Shown here: positions 7,464-14,532 of the stretch, piece after piece | Position numbering within the stretch: position 1 is the stretch's first letter | How the letters are laid out: each line of letters opens with the position of its first letter | Virus record (IMG/VR): IMGVR_UViG_3300047409_000475 | DNA: 22,681 bases | Reading direction: 5' to 3' (one strand) | Origin: an uncultured virus (IMG/VR IMGVR_UViG_3300047409_000475) | Taxonomy: Duplodnaviria > Heunggongvirae > Uroviricota > Caudoviricetes | Notes under the pieces: model-generated | The model's database searches: none | Seen by the model: the letters and a program-made list of their open reading frames with translations, nothing else | Told to the model about the DNA's origin: nothing | Translations under genes and position numbers: made by a program

Positions 7464-8552
7464 ATGAGCACAATCACTACCGCATCACAACAGTGGGCCT
7501 CGCGCCCGGACGACGAACGCTTCACCTCGCTGCATGACCTGAGCGATCACTTCCACCGCATCCGCGAATTGTCGGCCAGCAAGGTGGTCACGACCAGACA
7601 GATCAGCGTCGAGCCCGTCGAGGGTGAGCGCAACGGTCTGCAGGTTGTCGGCCCGAATGGCAACGGCTACGCGCCGACGCACTGGAGTTTTGGCCAGCTT
7701 GCTTCGCTCGCCAAGGCACCGGCCGGTTACCTGCGGACGCTTCCGGGCCCGCTGGCGGCGGACAACATCAACTACGGCCTCAAGTTTGCTCGCGAGAGCG
7801 AGGAGGTTGGTGTCCTTCTGCAGCGCGGTGACGAGCCGCAACTGCGGGCCGCGACCGGTCCTTCATACGGGAGGATTTGGAACAGCGAAGTCTCTGACGC
7901 GCTCGTGTCCCGCTTCGGGGACGGCGTGACCGGCGATTGGAAGGTGCCCGGCGAGTTCGGCCACGACGTCGCGGTCACGAAGCGGAACACCACGATTTAC
8001 GGAAGCGATAGGGACATGTTCGTGTTCCTCGCCGACGAGCACAACAAGATCGAGGTGCCGGATCGCCGCGACGGCCAGCCGGGTGCGATGTCCAGAGGCT
8101 TCTTTGTCTGGAACTCGGAAGTCGGCGCAACCTCAATCGGGGCCAGCTTTTTTCTCTTTGACTATGTGTGCATGAACAGGATCGTCTGGGGTGCACGCGA
8201 CTACAAGGAGATCAGGCTGCGCCATAGCCTGACCGCTCCCGACCGCTGGTTGGAGGAGGTCACCCCGGTGCTGATCGAGTATAGCAAGTCCTCTGCTCAG
8301 CCGGTCATCGACGCGGTGGCGGCAGCCAAGGCCGCGAAGCTTGACAACGTCGATGAGTGGCTCGCGAAGCGCTACTCCGCGAAGCAGGCGGTCACCCTGC
8401 AGGCGGTGCACGGTCGCGAAGAGAACCGGCCCATCGAGACGCTCTGGGACGTGTCCACGGCGCTCACTGCGCAGGCTCGCGACCTGACCTACCAAGACGC
8501 CCGCGTGGCGCAGGAGCGGGAAGCCGGAAAGGTGCTGGCGCTGGCAGCGTAA
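7464..8552 (+). CDS. DUF932-family protein
   Basis: N-terminal QWASRPDDERFTSL and motifs PTHWSFGQL, RAATGPSYGRIW, SDRDMFVFL, RGFFVWNSEVG, VCMNRIVWG match the DUF932 type found on alphaproteobacterial mobile elements; GGAGAAAGACCATG start. Confidence 0.8.
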   Translation: MSTITTASQQWASRPDDERFTSLHDLSDHFHRIRELSASKVVTTRQISVEPVEGERNGLQVVGPNGNGYAPTHWSFGQLASLAKAPAGYLRTLPGPLAADNINYGLKFARESEEVGVLLQRGDEPQLRAATGPSYGRIWNSEVSDALVSRFGDGVTGDWKVPGEFGHDVAVTKRNTTIYGSDRDMFVFLADEHNKIEVPDRRDGQPGAMSRGFFVWNSEVGATSIGASFFLFDYVCMNRIVWGARDYKEIRLRHSLTAPDRWLEEVTPVLIEYSKSSAQPVIDAVAAAKAAKLDNVDEWLAKRYSAKQAVTLQAVHGREENRPIETLWDVSTALTAQARDLTYQDARVAQEREAGKVLALAA

Positions 8553-8615
8553 CAGCCAGCGCCGGGGGGCAGGGGAGCCGGGCATCTGGGGTGTCCGGCT
8601 CCCTCCACGACGGTC

Positions 8616-8644
8616 AAGGGCGGTCCTACGGGGCCGCCCTTTTT
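8616..8644 (+). terminator. Intrinsic terminator after DUF932 gene
   Basis: AAGGGCGGTCC-TACG-GGGCCGCCCTTTTT with a cUACGg (UNCG) tetraloop; preceded by a second hairpin at 8573-8603. Confidence 0.85.
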
Positions 8645-8676
8645 GCATGGCTGGTAGCCTGCCCGCGCCAGCAATT

Positions 8677-8716
8677 CCCCTTGAACGTCACGTATACCAA
8701 CTTATATGCTTTGGGT
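8677..8716 (+). promoter_or_regulatory. Rightward promoter TTGAAC-N16-TATATG with box TACCAACTTATATG
   Basis: Near-duplicate of 6981-7020; lies between a terminator and an RBS. Confidence 0.7.
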
Positions 8717-8729
8717 AAGGAGAACGACC

Positions 8730-8984
8730 ATGAACCGCAAGGACTACACCGAAGGCGAGAGCGAGAGGCAACTGCGCAAGTGGGGCTTCGAGCTCCGGGG
8801 CGGCGAGCCGCACGTGTCCCACGACATCTGGGACCACTGGGACGACGGCCGCTCGATCATCGTCTACGACGACGGCCGCTGGTATCTCATCATCCGGGGC
8901 CGCCTCGCTGACGCCACGCCCAACCGCCGCACCGGACGCGGCACCGCCAGCCTGATGACCTACCTCAGAACCGCAGGAGAATGA
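8730..8984 (+). CDS. Hypothetical protein (84 aa)
   Basis: GGAGAACGACCATG start; ends in GE* within the next junction. Confidence 0.8.
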   Translation: MNRKDYTEGESERQLRKWGFELRGGEPHVSHDIWDHWDDGRSIIVYDDGRWYLIIRGRLADATPNRRTGRGTASLMTYLRTAGE

Positions 8985-8986
8985 CC

Positions 8987-9166
8987 ATGACCGACATCGT
9001 CACCGCCATCATCGCCTACGAGAACGGCGAGCTCGACGACGAAAGCACCGACGAACTGTTCCAGCACCTCGTGGACAACGGGATGGCTTGGAGCCTGCAA
9101 GGCCACTACGGCCGCACCGCCATGGACCTGATCCGGGCCGGGCGCGTGACCCCGAAGGGAGAATGA
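8987..9166 (+). CDS. Conserved small phage protein (YE.GEL...LFQ.LVD.G.AWSLQGHYGRTA)
   Basis: Recognisable widespread phage motif AWxLQGxYGRxA; exact junction motif at start. Confidence 0.85.
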   Translation: MTDIVTAIIAYENGELDDESTDELFQHLVDNGMAWSLQGHYGRTAMDLIRAGRVTPKGE

Positions 9167-9168
9167 CC

Positions 9169-9444
9169 ATGACCGACATACCGCGCATCCACGCCGAGCT
9201 CGCAGTCGAGCTCGGTGTCGATAGGATCGCCGCCAGCTACGTCAGGGAGAAGCACCTACCCGCTTTGCTGCGCTCCCCTTGGGGTGATACCCGGCAGATC
9301 GTAGAACGTCTGGAGCGCGCCCTGCGGGCTGGACAGAAGGGTGTGGCTCGCGGCCACTGGGCGGCAGACGCCAATCGGCTGCTGGCCATCCGGGGTGCGC
9401 TGCAGACTGAGCGCGCCACGCTGGTAAGGGAGATCGGGCAATGA
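9169..9444 (+). CDS. Hypothetical protein, resembles alphaproteobacterial DUF6477-like proteins
   Basis: Pattern Y.R...LP.LL...RLERALRA...G..GHW..D.NR; exact junction motif at start. The family name is tentative. Confidence 0.7.
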   Translation: MTDIPRIHAELAVELGVDRIAASYVREKHLPALLRSPWGDTRQIVERLERALRAGQKGVARGHWAADANRLLAIRGALQTERATLVREIGQ

Positions 9445-9662
9445 AAGAACTGCGCGTCGGCATGCCGCTGACGCTGCGCACCCTGCATCGCCGCACCGGC
9501 AAGCCCGGTGCGCGCGATGGTTACGTCGTCAGCATCCGCAAGCTGACCCCCAAGTTCATCTACGTCGGCAGCGACCGCTACCACCGCGACACGTTGCGCC
9601 AGTATCAGACCAAGGACGACGACTGGCGCAGCGACTGGATCATCTGGCTGGAGCCTAGATGA
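9441..9662 (+). CDS. Hypothetical protein (73 aa), beta-rich
   Basis: ATGA overlap, GGGAG SD; LRVG...VVSIRKLTPKFIYV pattern. Confidence 0.75.
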   Translation: MKELRVGMPLTLRTLHRRTGKPGARDGYVVSIRKLTPKFIYVGSDRYHRDTLRQYQTKDDDWRSDWIIWLEPR

Positions 9663-9853
9663 ACCGATGGGCGGATCGGATGCTCGACGAGCTCCGCGAC
9701 AAGGCTGTCGAATTGCGCCGCCAGTTGGCGGGCATCGAGGCCGCCATCAAGGCGCTGGAAGCCGGTTACGATACCGAGCCGCTGGATTATCCTGCGGCCC
9801 TCACCCGCATCGAGAAAGCAGTTGACGATCTGAAGCACGACAAAGGAGAATGA
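9659..9853 (+). CDS. Small coiled-coil hypothetical protein (64 aa)
   Basis: ATGA overlap, GGAG SD; heptad pattern; ends KGE* in a junction motif. Confidence 0.75.
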   Translation: MNRWADRMLDELRDKAVELRRQLAGIEAAIKALEAGYDTEPLDYPAALTRIEKAVDDLKHDKGE

Positions 9854-9855
9854 CC

Positions 9856-11073
9856 ATGAAGGACGCAACGACCGACGATCCGCGCCTGACGCTGCTCGAC
9901 ATTGCCTCCACCGACGACCACCCGCGCCGGGGGCTGCGGTTGCGCCCGAGCATCGCCGCCGTCTGGGCGCAGCGCTCCAACGCACGCCGCTTCGTGTTCG
10001 ACCGCGAGGCCTCGCGCCGCGTCGGCGAGATGCTCAACGGGCACACCGACTTGCTGGTCGATAACATCGAGTTCGCGAGAACGCCCTTCCCCACCTGCTA
10101 CTTCGAGTTCGATGCCCGCGCCATGTGGGCGGCGTGGCGGCCCGAGCAGCCGCACTCGCTCACCTCCGACGAGCGCGTCGGCTACCTCGTGCACGAGGGG
10201 ACCGTGGTCATCCTGTCGAACGGCAAGCGCCCCAACACGGTGCGTTCGGCGCTGTGGCCGGGTGCAGGCTTCGGCGGCGTCTGCTTCCGCATCAACCGGC
10301 CGCAGGCGATCCCGCTGACGCGGCTCACCGGCCACAACGAGGTGGACGCCACCCGCATCCGCGACGCCTACGTGTTCGGCGGCCAGCGGCAGATCGACCT
10401 CAACGATCCGCGCGTCTTCAAGCACCCGCATGGTGGTCCGATCAGCATCGACCAAGGGTCAATGCGCGGCGAGCTCGGAGCGGGCATCACCATGCCTGAG
10501 CTCAAGGGCGCGTGGACGCATGGCCAGATCGCCAGCCACTTTGATCTGCAGCCGACCTTCAACACCGTGACGCACTTCGGTGAATTGCGCGACACACCTG
10601 GGCGCGAGTTCTCAGAGCTCTGCTTCATGGGGGGCGGCGATCCGCTGACGCTGGTGACGCTGCTGTTGTTGCTCAACCAGCCGAGCAAGTTCGTCAGCAT
10701 GCAGCCGGTGGCGCGCACGGTTGGCCTGTGGCGGGGCGCGCGCAAGGTGTTCCAAGAGCACCACGTCGTCACGCTGCACGTCAGCGACCGGCCGGTCAGG
10801 GTCAGGGACATCTTCAACCTCACCGACCGCAAGAGCCCGGTGAACCATGACGTGATGGGACATTGGAAGCACTTCAACAAGGCGACCGACTGCGACCATC
10901 ACTTCCCCGGCGGCCAGCGCATGGCGTGGGAGCCCATCGGGGCCGAGCGCACATTGTCGGGCGACTACAAGCGCTATTGGTGTAGCCTGTGCCTGCAGCG
11001 GCGGACGTGGACCGAAGCGTTCCGCACCGGGGGACCGGGCGTTGCCACTACCGAGTATGCGGTGACGCGATGA
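9856..11073 (+). CDS. Hypothetical phage protein with C-terminal HxVxGHW motif and Cys/His zinc-ribbon-like insert
   Basis: 405 aa; exact junction motif; SPVNHDVMGHWKH...CDH...CSLC...W...F.TG.P. Confidence 0.8.
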   Translation: MKDATTDDPRLTLLDIASTDDHPRRGLRLRPSIAAVWAQRSNARRFVFDREASRRVGEMLNGHTDLLVDNIEFARTPFPTCYFEFDARAMWAAWRPEQPHSLTSDERVGYLVHEGTVVILSNGKRPNTVRSALWPGAGFGGVCFRINRPQAIPLTRLTGHNEVDATRIRDAYVFGGQRQIDLNDPRVFKHPHGGPISIDQGSMRGELGAGITMPELKGAWTHGQIASHFDLQPTFNTVTHFGELRDTPGREFSELCFMGGGDPLTLVTLLLLLNQPSKFVSMQPVARTVGLWRGARKVFQEHHVVTLHVSDRPVRVRDIFNLTDRKSPVNHDVMGHWKHFNKATDCDHHFPGGQRMAWEPIGAERTLSGDYKRYWCSLCLQRRTWTEAFRTGGPGVATTEYAVTR

Positions 11074-11321
11074 GAGATTTCACCAAGCAGGAATTGGACG
11101 CGGCGCGCGACATGGCCGACAAGGTCATGGGGCTCTACCAGCCGTTCGCCAACCAGCCAAGCTTCGTCGTGATCAGCCTCATCCACGCCATGACGCGGGT
11201 GATGTCGCTGTTGCCGCCGGGGAATGACGAGGCGATGCTCGATGTGGTGCGCGACCTGATCAAGTCGGGGCTGCCGGTGATGCGCCGGATCGTCAACGAG
11301 CACGCCAAGACGCTGCAATGA
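11070..11321 (+). CDS. Hypothetical protein (83 aa)
   Basis: ATGA overlap with the previous stop; helical, good codon bias. Confidence 0.7.
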   Translation: MRDFTKQELDAARDMADKVMGLYQPFANQPSFVVISLIHAMTRVMSLLPPGNDEAMLDVVRDLIKSGLPVMRRIVNEHAKTLQ

Positions 11322-11328
11322 AGTTGCA

Positions 11329-11544
11329 ATGAGCCACTACCGCACGCTCAAGGCGGTCGATGACTTCACGGTGCGCAGCCACGAGAAGTTCCGCTTCTCG
11401 TGCTGCGACTGCGGCCTCGTGCACGACATGCTGATGGTGGCCAGCCCGAAGGGCCGGGTGATCGGCGTGGCGGTCGAGCGCAACGAGCGTGCAACAGCGG
11501 CGATGCGCCGCGAGATGAAAAAGCGCAGGAGGCTGCTCGGATGA
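11329..11544 (+). CDS. Small phage protein with CCDCGLVH motif
   Basis: CCDCGLVH...R.ERATAA.RR pattern recurrent in phage hypothetical proteins. Confidence 0.75.
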   Translation: MSHYRTLKAVDDFTVRSHEKFRFSCCDCGLVHDMLMVASPKGRVIGVAVERNERATAAMRREMKKRRRLLG

Positions 11545-11813
11545 CTACGGTGTTCGTCAGGCGGCGGGTGATCGACATGCTCTACGAGTTCGCCATGCTG
11601 ACCAGCGTCGCGCCCTTCCGCCTGCATGACTACGTGCGCAAGCAGCGCACCAGCGACCTGTGGGAGGTGAACATGAACGAGCAAATCTACGCCATGGTCG
11701 TCAAGCTGCGCCGACCGGAAGAGCCATTCGACGATGCGGCCGAGCGCGTCCTGCAATACTCCATCGACTGGGCGACGGGACAGGTGCAAGGGGCGACGCG
11801 GCGCGTGACCTGA
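11541..11813 (+). CDS. Hypothetical protein (90 aa)
   Basis: AGGAGG SD, ATGA overlap. Confidence 0.7.
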   Translation: MTTVFVRRRVIDMLYEFAMLTSVAPFRLHDYVRKQRTSDLWEVNMNEQIYAMVVKLRRPEEPFDDAAERVLQYSIDWATGQVQGATRRVT

Positions 11814-11882
11814 TGGTGCGCCCGCCGATCCACGGTCGTCGAGGGGGGCGGGGGAATTGACCTAGGGGGCGGGCGCGGCGCT

Positions 11883-12845
11883 TCAGGTGGGATACTTGCG
11901 GCTCGTCGGCAAGAACGATGTCTCGATCTCGTTCCACTTGTCGGTGACCCGCTGCCGCACCGCCGCACGCAATTCTACGGCAGCGGCGGCATCGGAGCGC
12001 AGCGCCTTGAGCAGCGCCGCAGGCTTCTCGTCGTTCAGCGCCGCGTGTGCGTCGAGGAAAGCGACGCAGGCCTTGTGGTCATCGACGCCGTAGCCGAAGG
12101 TGATTTCAAATTCACACTCGCGGAATGGCAGCGACACCTTGTTTTTTTCGAGCCGCGCCTTGACCGTGATGCCGGTGATCCGCTCGATGCCTTTCACCTC
12201 GCGGCGCACGAGGCTCGTCTGTGTCAGGTGCACGACTTGGCTGGCGTAGAAATCCAATGCCTTGCCACCGGCACGCACCCACGCCTTGCCATAGCCGCCG
12301 ATCCTCGAACGCGTCTGGCTGACGATCATCAGCGTGACGTTGGCCTTCGCCATGTCGCCGACGCGCCGCCGGAAGAGCTCCGACAGCGCAGCAGCCTTGT
12401 CGGTGCCGTAGGTGGCGCTGCGGAAATCGCGTTCCTTCTCGGCGATGTCGCCGAGCGCGTCCAAGCTATCGACGATGTAGAGCACCGGCTTCGGTGCCTC
12501 GTCGATGACGCGTGAGAGGTCGTCGTAGAAATCCTCGACGGTGTCGAGGTGATCCAGCTTGATGCGCTCCACCGGCAGCCCAAGGCTGCGCGCGTAGTGC
12601 TCGTCGAAGGAGTGCTCGCTCTCGCGATACCAGATGCTGCCGCCCGGATGCGCGATGCCGAAGTTGGCACACGCCTCGATGGCCAGCAGCGTCTTGCCCG
12701 AGCTCCGGTCGCCGACCACGTTGCTGATCCGGCCGAGCGCCCAGCCACCGCCGAGCGCCCGGTCGAGCACCGTGCAGCCCGAGCCGGTGAAGCTGAGGCT
12801 GTCAGGCTCCACCGGCTCGGGCTTCGGCTTACTCCGCTTCGCCAC
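11883..12845 (-). CDS. recA: RecA/UvsX-like recombinase
   Basis: SGCTVLDRALGGG, Walker A GDRSSGKT, Walker B YIVDSL, SQTR, GGKALDFYAS, KNKVS.PFR. Confidence 0.92.
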   Translation of the reverse strand: MAKRSKPKPEPVEPDSLSFTGSGCTVLDRALGGGWALGRISNVVGDRSSGKTLLAIEACANFGIAHPGGSIWYRESEHSFDEHYARSLGLPVERIKLDHLDTVEDFYDDLSRVIDEAPKPVLYIVDSLDALGDIAEKERDFRSATYGTDKAAALSELFRRRVGDMAKANVTLMIVSQTRSRIGGYGKAWVRAGGKALDFYASQVVHLTQTSLVRREVKGIERITGITVKARLEKNKVSLPFRECEFEITFGYGVDDHKACVAFLDAHAALNDEKPAALLKALRSDAAAAVELRAAVRQRVTDKWNEIETSFLPTSRKYPT

Positions 12846-13056
12846 GCTGCACCCGTGCCACCAGCATGGCCTCAGCGGCGCTGTAGGCGTGATCGGCCAG
12901 CGCCCGGTAGGTCAACTCGGTTGGTGGTGACATGCGCCGCCCCAGCAGCCCGCTGAGCGCCTGCGCGGCGAAGTAGTCGCGCAGGCTCATCCCCTTGAAC
13001 ACGGCACCCGTGGCAGCGGGGAAGGCGGGCTCGTCGCCCGTCGGGTTATCGAGCAT
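12829..13056 (-). CDS. Conserved small phage protein (PAFP...GMSLRDYFAA...AY..A.AML.AR)
   Basis: Well-known widespread phage motif GM[ST]LRDYFAA. Confidence 0.85.
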   Translation of the reverse strand: MLDNPTGDEPAFPAATGAVFKGMSLRDYFAAQALSGLLGRRMSPPTELTYRALADHAYSAAEAMLVARVQRGEAE

Positions 13057-14003
13057 CAGCGCGTGCGCAGCGTGGCGCGCGGCTGTTGCTGACGGCGTTG
13101 AGGCTGCGGTTCCGGCTTGCCACCGGTCAGCCCTTCGTAATTGTAGTCGTCGTCCTCAGCGTCGGCGGTCGCCTCCTGCGTGACCTCCTCCTCCTCGTAG
13201 GGATCGGCGCGCCGCGTGCGTGCAGGAGTGGCCGGTGCTGCCAGCAGCGCATCGCCAGCGCCATCGTCCACCACCGCCTGCGTGGTGCCGAGCAGCGCCT
13301 TGTTGAGATACTCAGCCGGGTAGTATTGCAGCGTCGTCGGCAGCGGGTTGTCTTCCACCCAGTTGAGGATGGCCTGCTGCACCCGCGTGTCTTCCGACAG
13401 CGGGCTCTCCTCGCGGGCGATCTGGTGACCGATGTATTTGGTCAGCAAACCCTTGCCGGTCTTCTGGAACGATACGTCAAACCCAATGTCGGGATTGTCG
13501 ATCCAGATCGGCTCGTCGGTCTTACGGCTGTAGCAGAGCGAGGCGATGTCACGATCCTGCGTGCCGCTCATATGGAAGAGCAGCGGCTTGTTGGGCTCGT
13601 CGCTCTCGCGGTCGAGTATCCAAGACAGGACGCGTTCCTTGGCGCTCAGCTTGTAATACTCGTTGTCGTCACCCGCCATCTGCGCCTTGCGTGCTTCGTC
13701 GCAGATCGGGCAAGGCTTGCCCCGCATCTTGGTCAGGCAGAGGTAAGACCCCTGATCGGGTCCGATCCAGCCGTGCTGCCAAAACGTGTAGCCGTAGTGA
13801 CGGGCGTTGTCCCACGTCGGAGGCAAAAATCTGATCGTGTTGTAACCATCAGAGGGCCGCCACGTGTCGAAGCCTGCCTTGAAGACGCTGTCGAAGCGTG
13901 AGGTCTTGCGCTCTACCCGCTCTTTCAGGTGCTCGACTGATCTCTCTTGGTATTTGAAGGCGGCTCTACGGGGCTGTTGTTGTTGATTGTGAAAAGATGG
14001 CAT
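13056..14003 (-). CDS. Single-stranded DNA-binding protein, T4 gp32-like
   Basis: NTIRFLPP, H...C...CPIC zinc ligands, acidic C-terminal tail; AGGAG SD; located between the RecA-like and UvsY-like genes. Confidence 0.8.
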   Translation of the reverse strand: MPSFHNQQQQPRRAAFKYQERSVEHLKERVERKTSRFDSVFKAGFDTWRPSDGYNTIRFLPPTWDNARHYGYTFWQHGWIGPDQGSYLCLTKMRGKPCPICDEARKAQMAGDDNEYYKLSAKERVLSWILDRESDEPNKPLLFHMSGTQDRDIASLCYSRKTDEPIWIDNPDIGFDVSFQKTGKGLLTKYIGHQIAREESPLSEDTRVQQAILNWVEDNPLPTTLQYYPAEYLNKALLGTTQAVVDDGAGDALLAAPATPARTRRADPYEEEEVTQEATADAEDDDYNYEGLTGGKPEPQPQRRQQQPRATLRTR

Positions 14004-14008
14004 ATCTT

Positions 14009-14521
14009 TTATCTCCTATATGTCCTGCGTTTTTCCATTAGCTTCTCTTTGACTACTGCTGGATCGATTGCTCCTCCTGCTTGCCTCTGTAATTCCACTA
14101 GGTCTGTGAGTGACGATTTGCGTTGTGAGTAAGCTTCCTTGAGAGCGGTAACCTCGCCGATCTTCTTGGTCACGTCAACCATCAGCAGGCTGTATTCCTG
14201 CACCTTTGGATCGAGCGTCACGTAGGCGTCGGCCTCGCCGACCGTCATCCTCGTCTCGGCTCCCAGCCGCACCGATTGCAGCCGCCGTGCCTTGGCCTCG
14301 TCGAGCGCCAGCCGCAGGTTGTCGTGCTCGGCCTTCGCGGCGGCGAGCATCTTGGCGACGCGATAGAATAATTCCGGCTGGCTGGCATCGGCCTGCATCA
14401 GGTCGAGCGTGTCGATGCGGATCGCTGCTTCGAGCTCGGTGAACGTCGGCTCGTGGCGTGCTGTCGGTGCGCCGTTGCCCATGGTCGCGCGCTCAACCAT
14501 TCGCTTCACCCATTTATTCAT
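14009..14521 (-). CDS. Putative UvsY-like recombination mediator
   Basis: Long helical protein (IDTLDL...QPELFY...T..E.DAYV..DP...AY.QRK..L..L) next to ssb and recA; start codon uncertain (14521 or later). Confidence 0.6.
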   Translation of the reverse strand: MNKWVKRMVERATMGNGAPTARHEPTFTELEAAIRIDTLDLMQADASQPELFYRVAKMLAAAKAEHDNLRLALDEAKARRLQSVRLGAETRMTVGEADAYVTLDPKVQEYSLLMVDVTKKIGEVTALKEAYSQRKSSLTDLVELQRQAGGAIDPAVVKEKLMEKRRTYRR

Positions 14522-14532
14522 CCTCCCTGTCC

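Noticed and set aside
8951..8990. CTGATGA hammerhead-core-like sequence
   Set aside because: Lies inside a coding region, with no matching GAAA core and stems.
4755..9858. CRISPR array or integron interpretation of the repeated 14-mer
   Set aside because: Repeats are too short, spacers are whole genes of variable length, and there are no attC-like palindromes, cas genes or integrase in the window.
11818..11876. GCGCCCGCC/GGCGGGCGC inverted repeat with G-rich loop between convergent genes
   Set aside because: Long irregular loop and no U-tract; may aid termination but is too weak to call. G-runs are suggestive of, but insufficient for, a quadruplex claim.
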